Source: Lingula anatina | Taxonomy: Eukaryota; Animalia; Brachiopoda | DNA: 64,000 bases | Reading direction: 5' to 3' | Assembly (NCBI GenBank): GCA_051362555.1 | Contig: CM120641.1 | Coordinates: 41,484,401 to 41,548,400 of the forward strand | Shown here: piece by piece, positions 35,572 to 47,719 of the stretch | Layout: the number at the start of each line of letters is the position of its first letter | How positions within the stretch are numbered: position 1 is the stretch's first letter | The notes under the pieces: generated by a model | Told to the model about the DNA's origin: nothing | What the model saw: the letters and a program-made list of their open reading frames with translations, nothing else | Database searches by the model: none | Translations under genes and position numbers: made by a program

Positions 35572-37571
35572 TTAGTGCAGACCATACTGAAGAATGACGG
35601 GTACAAAGGCGCTGACAGCTAGAAGAACAGTGGCTAGCGGGCTGGTGCTGGTGGCTCCGTTACAGCTGTCGGTCGAGCAGTGGCAAGTAGTGGTGGTAAT
35701 TCCTAAGATAGAACCTTTGCTGCAGCCAGCAGAGGCACCGGAAGTTCCACATTCTCTGGTCCAAGATTTGGTTTCTGTACAGAAAAAAAGGTTGCACGTT
35801 ATCTCCTAAACTCAATTAAACTTCAAAAGGATGTTAAGCGTGATATGTAGGTTTTTTGATTTACTACACTGATATTGCATATCATTATTACACTGCATAA
35901 ACAAACTGAGAGTCTGTCAAGCTTTTGCTTTATTCACAACACCTAAAATCACGTCATTATGTCACTGCGGACACTGTCGGAGAATTTGAAGGCACGATCC
36001 ACGACAAAAATATCCACGTTCTGTTTGTCAAATATATTATATTGTGAACTGGATTGTCTACATTAATATGGAATGGTGCCTCAGATGTTAATGTACTAAA
36101 TCTACGCTGTTTTGAATCTCAAGACCTGGTCCCCAGGCCCTCAAATTTCAAAATCCGCAGTGACATCTAGTGGAAAATATTGTGACCAAGGTCTACTGAA
36201 TGGTTCGAAAGCTTGACTAACTTCCACTATGTTTTTACAGTGTAACTAACATTCGTGAATAATAAGATTATCCTTTAAAGATGAGTTTGCACAATACATT
36301 ATGTTTAAAGGGATAACAACTCTTCATATGAGATTTAATGTTCCACAATAACTATATTGTAAACAACACATACAAATATAATAAATATAATTCGTCAACC
36401 AAAACGGGGGTTATCACAATAATTCTGAAATCTGTGTTTGCCATCAGACCACTTGGACCTTCATTTATAAATGGCTACACTCCGTAATAACCTCTTAAGA
36501 GGATAGATATTTTTATAAAAACCAATGGATAATACATGTACAATGTATGTGAAAATTGTCGTTAAGCCCACGAAAGTCCGTTTTAGGGAACTTTTCCTGA
36601 CAAAATGAAGAGTTGTCTTCTCTTAAATATTTCTGTATGCTATGTCAGGGGCGGATCCAGGAGTATTTGAAGGGGAAGGGGGGGGGGGGGTCCGGAGCGA
36701 CAGGCCTCGGATGCGAAGCCGACCATTGCCTCCTTGGTGTACCGGTAGGAATCAGGACCTGCTCAAGTGCCCCAGAATTTTTTTGGTATTTTGGAGAGCA
36801 AACAGTGCCCCTTGGTACGGTTTAGATCTATCATTTAGCTAGTCAAAATTATAATTTCAAGAGGGGAATATTGGTGTGTTATATTTTTCATAAACTGAAG
36901 GGGGGGTGCTATGTGCGCCAGCCTTTGAAATGTTACTTACTGATTCCAAAGGTGTCTGTTTCGACAAAAGTTTTCTTGCAAAAGCCAGTGGTGCAGTTGA
37001 TTGTGGTGGTTGACGTGGGGTTCTCCTGGCACGCACTGTTAGTGCTTAATGGGGATGAGCAAGACATGCATGTCAATCCTGCACCTGGATGAAATAAGAA
37101 AACTTCGATATTAATGACCACATAGCAATAATTAGAGGATAGAAATTAAAAAAGAAATAACAGAATAGAAAAGGATAGATTTTTTCTGGTGGTTTCCGCC
37201 TTAAAAAACTTTCACATTTTTCATACGTTTCAAACATTGTGTTGAATACCGGTACGTTTAAACTTTTCATTTTCTGTTGTGAGACATTGTGTGAAATATT
37301 GATAATGTGATTTTTTGTTAAAATAAAATAAAAATAAATAAAGCAGAAAAGTGGGAGAAATAGAATACAAAAACTCCACAATCTCAATATTTGACATTGC
37401 TATTTGTATGACTCGGAATTTTTTCAGCTTGTAAGTTTAAGTTATAGTTCATACTGATGCCAGGGTTTCATAGTCAGAAGTAAATGAATTATAAATTTTG
37501 CGTGTGGAAGTCTACTTACTGAGAGCAAATGTAGCCACCAAAACCATACATATAGCCAGTACTTTTGCCAT
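35572..37571 (-). CDS. Ly6/uPAR three-finger, GPI-anchored protein, copy B, 132 aa
   Basis: Exons 37571-37520 (MAKVLAICMVLVATFAL), 37084-36941 and 35774-35572. Same Cys frame and exon 2/3 lengths (144 and 203 nt) as copy A. Confidence 0.9.
36308..36623. mobile_element. Kolobok-like MITE, inverted relative to the 24575 copy
   Basis: TTAA-AGGGATAACAACTCTTCAT...ATGAAGAGTTGTCTTCTC-TTAA. Internal ATGGCTACACTC..CTCTTAAGAGGA is the reverse complement of 24697-24729. Confidence 0.75.
36646..36920. mobile_element. hAT-like MITE fragment (CAGGGGCGGATCCAG)
   Basis: Left TIR is present and the right end is truncated. Absent from the paralogous intron of copy A. Confidence 0.55.
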
Positions 37572-40500
37572 GTTTGCCGAGTCTTTAAGTGACCGCTACT
37601 GCAAAAACGCGTCCGCTGTGTTCAAATTCTTCTTGAGAAGTGGACAGAAAATCTTTTACTTTGCTCGTGTCAACAGTGGGTTGCCATAGAGCCAAGGACA
37701 ACGAGAACGTTACACACAATGTGATAGTTATTTCTGTTATGTAATCGATCACAAAGCGCCATCTAGTGCGGCTGACTGAATGCAACGAACCATATGAAAA
37801 CCAAAGTGACGGTCAAACAAATGAACAACACATAGTGCACATGCTGTATAGAGTCGACATGCGCAAGTTTCCACGATTAATCCCGATTCAGCATGTCACC
37901 GTGACCCGTGACGTTTGGGAAGGCAAACAAGCTTGGCTGTTCTTGTCAGTAATGTTTGTAGAGTAATGTCCGATTGTATTATGTAATGAGCACCTTAATC
38001 GTGAGAAAGGAGTTGGAATCGATGTCCATCTCCGAGGCTGGATTCAATAGCAACCCGTGTTTGAGAGCATCTTAACTTCTTTTAACGATGAAAAGGGGAA
38101 ATATAGAAATAAATAATACAAATACAGACATAATACAAATTACATTTAAAGAGGCTACTTGACCAGAAATTTGTGGTCAGTATAACTTCGCCAATTGTAA
38201 TACCTGCCATTTATATGAAAGTGGTTGGTCAACGAATTTGTTTCGAAGTCAATGAACAAGGGACGGCTGCCACTTATTCATAAAAGCGATGTTGAAATGT
38301 ATGATTGATGTATGATAGGTTTTGTCAATGTTACAGCGGGTGTATTCGAGTCGCTTTTTCAACCCATTAAATAGGCCTACGTGTCTATGTTGCTACTGAC
38401 GGCTTGAGGTTCAACCATCCACTGTAGGCCTATACTATGTTTTATACATTATACTTTGTTCTTGAAAAAAAACTTAAATTATGTATTTGTCAGTGGGGAT
38501 GATACCTAAAAATATCCTGTGGCTCTAGCATTTTCACTAGATAATAAGTGCTGTCTGCAGCACCGTAAAGAAAATGATGTACACTGAGGGGGATGAATAA
38601 CCTGTATGTTAACATGCAAACCATGGGAGAAAGATTGATCAAATCGCTCGGCAAATGTAAACCAATCCTTTAGCTGATTTGGTGAAGGAATTTCGGAGAT
38701 AGAATGTCGAACTGTACACAGAAATTTGTCATGATCTTGTTTCTACAAAAAGGACTATATTAAATGGATAGGAGTGTTGGACTTTAGCAGCTATCAAATT
38801 ACATATAGACTCATCTTGGTTTTCTTGTCGCTAAATCCACAACAACTATTTCAAAAGAATCAAGTTTGATGATAAAACCGCATGCATTTATCTACTTATG
38901 AAAGTAATGCAATAGAAACTACTGAATAATTGCCAAAAAAAAAAAAAAAAACTATTTTAATTGTGATAAGATCTGACTTAAATGAAAAGCAAGATGACAA
39001 AAGAAATATAAATTTAAGGACACCGTTAGAATTGACATTATCAAAAGGTACCCGGTATTTGCGGTATTCTCTTTGCTCGTCTGTTACATGTAATACTCGC
39101 TTTTATTATTACATAGAGTATTTTACGGTGTTGCCTTATCACTTGGTGCAAAGTCAACTTTTCTTTTATAATTAAATAGTGAATGAATAAATGAACAGGC
39201 CACAGCAAAGGGGAGGATTGGTCAATAAGGATTAAGTGAACACACGTTCTCTATTTTGGTTTTATTTGGGTAGTAACCCTGGCAGTTAAATGGTCAATGT
39301 CGGAGGCTGCGAGGCAGGGACAAAAGGTAGTTCAATCAGCCGAACCATAGTATAAGGCTAATGCACCACTAGTTCAAACTAAAAATGGCCCCACAATGGT
39401 TTCATATTCAGTGACTGCTGCGATGCATAATGGAATATGTGGGCACTTTATCGACCCTTCTCAACAATAGTACTGTAATATTATTATGATAACATACTAT
39501 GAGCTCCCATGCTAGCTATGTGACTGCCCTTCACTATATGTATTGACAAGCCGCAGTCCAGAGAATACACCTATTGATTTCGCCTAAGCTAGTTTTCCAC
39601 AAGTAATCCGATGTCTCATTGGTGAAATTATAATGTTCAATCTCTCCTCGATCGTGTCGAGGGCTTTTGATTTATACTGAATGTGCGGTCCCTTTCTACT
39701 TGTAAATAACTCTATTTGAATCCTCCTCCAGTTAGGTCATACATGTAGGCCTACTATACACATCTTCACCAGAACTTGAAAACTTATTAACCCAAGCCCA
39801 ATGCGTGTAGAGCCTTAAGGATTTTCCCGTTGCTTCTTGTCTAACACGATATATCAAAAGTACGTGTGGAGGACAGTTGAAACTATTTTAAATGTTAAAA
39901 CATTAAGAAAAGAGAAGTATTTTTCAAGAGTTATACAGCAAGTGGTATTAGAAAAGGCCGTGGTATACAAAATTAGGGCGGTTAAAAGGCACAAAGGCAA
40001 TCGTTGCTTAATTTTAATTTAAAAAGGTGGAAAATCTGCAAAAGGCGTATATTTATGAAGCGTTCTGTGACAGCCAGTGCCCTCGGTGTTGATAAATTTC
40101 TTTTTATTAATGGGACCTTCAATAAATGCGGCCGTCAACGGCCAAATTTCAAACATCTTCCTTGAGTTTGTTCCATTCTCTTAAATGACATGTCCTATTA
40201 CTTAAATCAGTTAAGATCAAGGAGACATAAGAGTTTTTAGCGTATTAACTCCTAACCGGATGCATAGCAGTGTGGATTTTGTAGTAACGAATCCAATAAA
40301 AATGGTTAATTTCATAATTTATCTATTCTTTTTTTCATAACAGAACATCACTGATAGGTGAAAAAAAAGAAAAGTTGTAAGAATGGACATAATATGCGTA
40401 GGGTGTAAAGTTTACGGTCCCTTTTCCAGGGAAATGAAGTGCCGGGCGTTGCCCAAGTAACGGACAATCCAGCCCCACCCACCACCCCTCATTGTTGTGC

Positions 40501-43139
40501 GCTATTCCCATATGTAGGACCCATTTAATAAATTTTTAGTGGGTCCTAAGCTATTCATCTTTACATGTATGCCCCAGGTTTATTTTGTATATATATATAC
40601 AAAGAAGATCTGTTACTAGGTTGTATACAATCCAATGCGATTATTACATGAGCTGAAGTTAAACTAAACGTATGGTAGTTGTCCGCGCAATCCCGGCAAG
40701 GTGCCAATTTGTCAATGGTAATTATGTCTGGTCAATCTAACTTCAAAAACCCTGGGAATACCTAGGAAGAAATCAATAGCAAGGCGATTGAAAAGCAGTG
40801 CAAAAGTTGAACCGTACTCTCGTGTTACTTCAGAGCTATATACACTACGCCGCATGAGCGCCAGAGACTGTAATTTTGGTCGTGTATTTTTGGGCTTGAT
40901 GGGATTATTTTAGCCGTCTCAATACCTGAGCTTGTTAAATACGTCCATAAAACTGAGCATGATTTTTTTTTCAAAAGGTTTCAAGCAAACTGGTGTTATA
41001 TACATTTTCTCTTCGCCACATAAGGAGAAACCGAGTCTAGTCTCGATTTATTTATTTACCATTGATTGTCTACTCTTACATAATACTGGTAAGCATTGTG
41101 AACTGCCAGCCTGATTATACGTACATTTTCAATCTCTCCATTACATGAAACCAAAACCCGAGGATAAGCAAATATTTTGAACTGGCAGCCTGTTATGACT
41201 TTTCTCTTTTGCTCATATCTAAACAAATACTGACTATGAGAACATTAATATAAATGAAGTACTTTAACAATCTACCTTCCTCTGGTTCGCTGCCGTTTAA
41301 AGTAAAGTTAAATGACAAGCGTTACATATCTTTACATAGCAAACAGTTTTCTTGGAATTTCGACACTTTCCCATTTTTAAATATCACGATATGGCATATC
41401 TAGAACTGCTGCTAAATTACCATTTTAACCCGAGTGTTGAGTTATTGGTATAAATTTAAGCCCCTCCTTTCATGGCGATGAAGGTGAAATTTCAGTCATT
41501 ACAGCAAAGGTTGAGAATTTACAGCTCGAAAACGGGATGATAGTTTTGGACAAGGCACTGATATATGTACCTCGGTGATTTAAAAAAATCTTCAACAATT
41601 TTGCTTTTTTTATGCTACATGTATGTATAACAGCTTCATGCCTCTATGGACATATTGCATTGTAACATGTACATACCGAAGCACACATACACTATAACAC
41701 TTGGTCACGCCTCACGAAACATTTCTAAATTATTAACGTAATTTACAGATTGATGCACGTAATCAATTATTCTATGCAATCAATAAGCTTTAGAAGATTA
41801 TTCTACTGAAAAGACTTCACAAACCGACCTTACAATTCATTAGATGTACTGAAAGGTTGTTAGATTATCATAAAGTCCATTTACCTCATTGATTTCTTAC
41901 CATACTTATATGCGACAGCCATACTTTGAGTTTCAATATTCGATACATATATTCGATACATATGTGTCAGGACTAACCACTAAAATTTGAACCCCAGGGT
42001 TATTCGGCATTGTATATTAATTCGAGTGCGACTTGAAATGATAATGCTACGTTTGTAATGTTGTGTTTTTATTTATGGCAAAGAAGGAGCGAATGAGAGA
42101 AATTCAGTGCTCAGCCAATACATATTGGAGTGCTTGCGGACATCTCTTTTCTCATACTAGCTGAGGCAAACTTACAGTATCATGCTAATTTCGTCTTAAT
42201 GCGTTTGTACCTATTATTTTCAGTGGTAAAAATGAACTGTTCATGCCGCGTGATCTTTCGTTTTTCTTTGTCGATGGCAAATGCATAGCACATGTAACGG
42301 CGAGGAAGTCAGCAATTAGACTGCGTCAGTTGAGACATGTCACACCTGGAACAATCACAATTATGCAATTATGTACACATACATGTACCTTATAGGTGCA
42401 TGCGCGGGCGGTATTATCATCACGTATCATCATTAAAAGAAATCGAATGCAGTGGGCAGCATTTTTTTGGGGGGTGGGGGGTGGGGGTGGGTGGGGGGTG
42501 GGGGGGAGGTGGTATGGCATGTTCTCCCCCTCCACACACACACCATCTAAGCCTTCGAATTTCCTCGGTGGTATGGTTAATTAGTATTTTCATTGTTTTC
42601 AGTTGATTGAGACTATAACCATAACGATTTTTATCACGTAAGACATCTTTTATATTCGTATGTCCTATTGCATGAGTTATTACAGTGCCGCCGGAATGTC
42701 CCCTTACCAAATGGCCGTATGGTTTCCCAACCCTGCCCCATATGGTCGAACAATAGAGGCCGTATGATAATTACAGGGTAGGGGAATCCCCAAGCAATCC
42801 TTATCGGACACCCAAATTAGTCGGTTCAACGAACACGGTCTGCCCCTTCTTAATTGCCTCACTTAAGGTTTCTATTATAGCTGATGCAAAGAGACTGCTA
42901 TCGACACGAGCAAACAATACCGGGTTATGTATCAACTGCAACAGAAGACTCGAGTAAAGGCAAGTCGAATATTAGAACAAAACTCTGAAGAACAAATCAG
43001 GCTTAGTTTTAAAACACGTATAACAATTTTATTTGATGATAGTAAGTCACGATCAACAAAAGCGTAGTTAAAATGGAAAATTATAAATAGCTAATACATC
43101 AAATAAATATCAATGTCTCATTACCTTTATTACATGTGT

Positions 43140-43319
43140 TGCTAGTTTAGTAGCCTGATGCACGACCTTCTCTTCGTCGTATTTCTATAACACATAGTAA
43201 ATGGCTTGTCGCGACACTTTATGGTCTTCATTTTCCATTTGTGCGGTTAGGTTTTTAATTCGCACCCCTTGTTCTCGGAGGGCGATGATACGCAGACGCA
43301 CGTAATCACTAAGAGGCAT
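43140..43319 (-). pseudogene. Transposase N-terminal helix-turn-helix remnant
   Basis: MPLSDYVRLRIIALREQGVRIKNLTAQMENEDHKVSRQAIYYVL*KYDE fits the paired-like HTH of Tc1/IS630 transposases. It has a premature TAG and no DDE domain is visible. Confidence 0.65.
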
Positions 43320-43758
43320 CTTGGAATTGTGATGATTTGGAAAATCTGAGTGTCGATTTATACCGTTCACTTGGCAGGTGACACGATGGCACAGAAATCA
43401 GTGACATAAACATGTCATATTATACAAAATACTTATTGGCCATTTAGGAAGACCAGATACACAAACAATCCTGTTGACACGTGTCAGTTGATTTAGAATT
43501 ATGTGCAATTGATTAGTTTGGATTGAAGATCGTCATCGCAATGTTAACATTAATTTTAGACGACGCGTGTCACACAGTAGTGATTATGTAATAATCAGGG
43601 CTTAATCACTGTGTTAACCCAGCATGAATAAAGCTAACCTGAACTGATTGTTAATTAATGTGAAATGACACGTGCCAACCAGTGAAGTTAGCCCGAGAGA
43701 TTGTAATCCAGCTTTATAAATTAATTTCTTTTGATGCTTTTTGTCCTACATAATCAAG

Positions 43759-44095
43759 GAATCAGTCTTTCGGCCGGCCAGTACCCGTCGCCTTGTCAAA
43801 TAAAGAAATATTCGAAATTCGACAACGGGCCAGTTCCCCAGGCAACTTTTGCGTTCAGTTGATGGGAAGGTTGTTTACGATTGATGAACGAATACGAAAG
43901 GACAGAAATGTTACGGGTGTAGATGGGAGAGATCCTATATGCAAATATAGACAGAACTATATTAAAGATATGGCTAACAAAATATTTATCACTGAAACAA
44001 CTGACAAGTCTTTTTGGAAAAAATGCATTTCGTCTATGAACAAAGCTAATAGAAATATAAAGACATACTATAAAAATAAATTTCAATCTTGTTAA
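43759..44095 (+). CDS. BEN-domain-like terminal exon inside the transposon
   Basis: Pyrimidine-rich tract plus AAG acceptor at 43758. SSPGNFCVQLMGRLFTIDER..NVTG..GRDPI..IKD..WKKCISSMNKANR matches the BEN pattern (LF-x2-E, N-x2-G, W-x2-C-x3-N). No ATG of its own. AATAAA at 44129. Confidence 0.65.
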
Positions 44096-44991
44096 TAATA
44101 TATATATAGCAAAGACAGTTTGAAGCCTAATAAATACAGTGTATTACATGTTCAAGTACGAGTAGTGTTTTATTTGATCTTTAAGAAATTCATAAATTCA
44201 TTTATTAAACTCTATGTAAATTCAATCAATTCATAGCTATAATGTACACGAAAATTGCTGTCATCACCGAATCTTTTTGGTAAAGCAACTTTTAAAAATC
44301 ACTGTTGGCAAGTTCTTATACTTAAAATCTCCGAATCAGAGTAGAGTGATCAAAGTAGAGTGAAGCCACCGCGCATTAAAGGTCAATTAACGCTTGGACG
44401 AACACTTAATTGCGACCACGCTCACCTTCGATCTTTATCTCAGCGAGCTAGGGTTAGGCTCTTTTGTTAGCAGAAAGTTTGTCACGATAATTGCACGACG
44501 GGCAGGGTATGGAACTATTGTTAACAGAAACCAAACAGCGTATGGATGACAATGTTATTTCCATAGTTACCGAGCCAGGCCGTCCGTACAACCCGCAGCG
44601 ACCCGGAGGGTAAGTAAGGGGACATTCCGGCGGCACTGTAACTCTGGTCTTTTCCAGTATTTTTACAATTCATACGAATTGTTCAGTTCATATCATTGTT
44701 CAGTACATGTACGCTGTACGTATGTAAACACATGCACGTACATGTACATGTATTGTTATGTCCACGCTTCTTATTGAATAAACACCAGTTATGTCGTCAT
44801 AGATAAGACCTTGTTGGATATCTTCAGTCTCCATACGTCAATGCTGCCCGCCGTGCTCTACCTTTGAAACAAGTGCTTCCTCAGAAATGCATGTATCTGA
44901 TCGCTGTACATTTCACAAGCTCACTAGGGAAGTATTAAAATTTTATTAGGTAGAACACAATTTAAGCCAATATAAATTGTATGAACTAGCT

Positions 44992-45543
44992 TTATTTTGC
45001 CCCCAGTCCATGTTGAGGCCCGTAATATACCATACAATAAATGCTGTAGACGTAAGGAGTGACCGCAGCCGAAAAAGTCATGCATATTCCTGTCGATCTT
45101 TTCAACGGCGAAGCGACGTAACCAATTCAAAACAAAGCCCGACCCAGAATAAAGATGACTACCAATACGGGAATTACCTTCATGGACTCTTGACTCAAAT
45201 ATGTCGCCAGCATTAAATTCCCGAAAGTGCTGACGGCTGTTTGTTCTAAAGTGTTTTGTAAAACTCGCACGTGCACGTCGACGTAACGTGGCGCCGAAGG
45301 TGATGTCGGGTCGATGGCGGGCGTTCGAAAACGTGTCCTGGCAACTACGTAAATACACACCTGAAGTAACACGCTGGAGAGAAACTGCCATCGCAAGGTG
45401 AAAACCAACCTGTCCGTTAGCGTTGGCAATGGAGGGGCATCTGGGAATACGTAAAATCCAACAGCTACACACGCCGCGAACAGGACTGACCCTTGCAATT
45501 TACCTTTGTCTACTTCGCTTCTCTGACTTTGCGAGGAAGACAT
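44992..45543 (-). pseudogene. TMEM79/MAPEG-like membrane protein with a single in-frame TGA
   Basis: RLVFTLRW..AIDP..VHVRVLQNTLEQ..FILGRALF*IGY..RSTGICMTF. The frame stays open for 44 codons after the TGA (45129-45127) up to TAA at 44994-44992. Confidence 0.8.
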
Positions 45544-47674
45544 CTTGCTAATAAATTGAAAGATAGCGAAGCAAAATTAGGACAACACATGCTATCATCG
45601 GGGTCATATCCTAGGACTGCTTACATCGGCACAACATGACCTACGAGTTTTCATCGATAGGGGCCAGTCTAGATGCTCTTTGTGATACCAGCCCCATTTT
45701 TTTTGTACTGACACAGCTTTTTGAAAAGTACGTCGAGTAGTTTGATAAATTTTGGAAAGTACTCCCTCTATAAAATGAAAAGGCCTTTGAAATAAAAAAG
45801 TTATCTTGTTTTAAATAGTCTATGAATGAGGTAGTAAGTGGCATTATCGTTTGTGCCTTGGGTGTCAGAGAACGGATTGTGTTAGCTGTGCATAATGGAA
45901 TGTTGTGGTTGGGTGGTCCCTCTATCACAATTGTGTCGTCCACTTCACCCATTATTTTTTTAACCTGACTATAACCGTAGCTTCAAAGAGATGGAGTATA
46001 TTTCTGTGTATAGAGTTTCAAAAGCAATTGGGCATTTGCTACTTCCATCTCGTCATTTGTCACTTTTTATAATTGTAGAAATTTAGCGATTCCAGCTTTT
46101 TTAGATTACAACTCTTTTAAAGAAGATGCAGGGGCACGTTAGCCCTACATATGCAAAGGAAAGATCTTTCTATGACTGTATGACATTCGCCGATTTTATG
46201 AAACATGCCATATAGGCCTTACGCTCCTATTTTATGCCATGATCATAAGCTGTGCGAATCTTCTTCCCCAGTGCCAAGATGGACCCTGCACTTTCACCAA
46301 CTTTCGCAGATTACTGTATTTTGATAAGCTTATTTGTACCCAGCGAAATGATGGGCAATGAGATTCATGAAAAAGTATTCAAAGAGGCTAGTGACCCCAG
46401 TAACTATGGTTTAGGATGATGTGTATGAGGATAATGCTGACAAATGGTGCAGGAGTCAATTCGATTGATCCCTGCATTCAGCCAATTATCCTCTTATTCA
46501 TTTGGAGTATGTGGTAAAAGTCTGCGTCAGTTATCATTTCATATTCCCTTTTTAATTAGACTAAGTTGAATAATGTTGTCTTCAATATATTCCATATTGA
46601 TGGTTTGGTTTTTGCGTCTCTTCTGTTCAAAATATCCGGACCCGGTGCATTTAATTCAGCAGCGTAGCAAGCATTTGTTTTTAAACCAGTAATTTCATTT
46701 TTTGAGCAGACATGTTAAGTGCTTTAACAAAAGGATCGTTTGTGTGGCCTCATAATGTGATGTTATTCGCTGTTTTATGACAGTCTAGTATTGGCAGTAT
46801 TCAAACTATTCCCCATAGAGTTGCACGCTATTTCTCGGCCTTTTCTGATGGCCAACCGGGTCAAATTGCAAAACTAAACATTTTTCGTCCTACATGACCT
46901 ATATTTTATGCCAAAAATTTCCTCCTCTTATGTTTTAAATTTGCCAAAAAAAGCGAAGCAACTTTTTTTTATCATCCTTCTACCACCTTCCCTTTAACAA
47001 AGTCTTGGATTCAACGGTTATAATTTAGTGATGTACATACACATAGGCGTTCTTGCCAGGGTGCAAAACGACTTAGCAATTTTTTTCTTACTTCAAGCAA
47101 ACTTACCTACTGGATTATAAACATCGGGGATTAGACAACTATCAAAATATACCTGAAACCATTTCACCGTCTACAGGCGAGATGTGTAACAGCTATCAAG
47201 CGACATTATATGGGCATTTTGCGAGTTAATTTTGTTTTCTGTCGACATATAGCTGCTTTATGAAGCGTTGGCTGTCGTCATGGGCTAGTGCCGTTATGCC
47301 TTGAGATATAAAGTCTGAGTATCACATCCTTATAGTAATGCCATGTCGGCATACATGTATGAGCATAGGTAACATTAAAACAATTAGGCAACCATTTTTT
47401 TTTGTTTTCGGACTTCATTAAAGAAAAAAGTGCATAAAAGAGGACGCGTGCAGTAATAGTATAAAATATAAGTGTAAAATGGACAACTACATTGTCATGA
47501 TGGGCATTCTTTTTCAATCCACACTTTCTCTGGTGTGAGTTATATGAGAGTAATGGTAGAAAGAAAAGCTTACATGAATTGATATATTTGTATACTATAG
47601 TAATACTATGTTTATTCCTGGTTGTCATTATAACTAACATAAGTTGACATCATCCGTTCTAATGAAGCAATGTA

Positions 47675-47677
<3 letters not shown>

Positions 47678-47718
<41 letters not shown>
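47678..47718. repeat. (GT)n microsatellite
   Basis: Direct observation. Confidence 0.95.

Positions 47719-47719
<1 letters not shown>

Larger units (their letters stand above)
42683..44638. mobile_element. Tc1/IS630-type element with perfect 25-bp TIRs, carrying an HTH remnant and a BEN-domain exon
   Basis: TA-CAGTGCCGCCGGAATGTCCCCTTAC...GTAAGGGGACATTCCGGCGGCACTG-TA. Confidence 0.88.

Noticed and set aside
45127-45129. Selenocysteine codon
   Set aside because: It aligns to Trp rather than Cys, and no SECIS-like hairpin is evident.
44924-45472. 182-aa minus-strand ORF overlapping the TMEM79-like gene
   Set aside because: An alternative frame with no recognisable motifs; the MAPEG-like frame explains the region.
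45641-45952. 103-aa minus-strand ORF
   Set aside because: No motif or splice support; probably chance or an unrecognisable TE relic.
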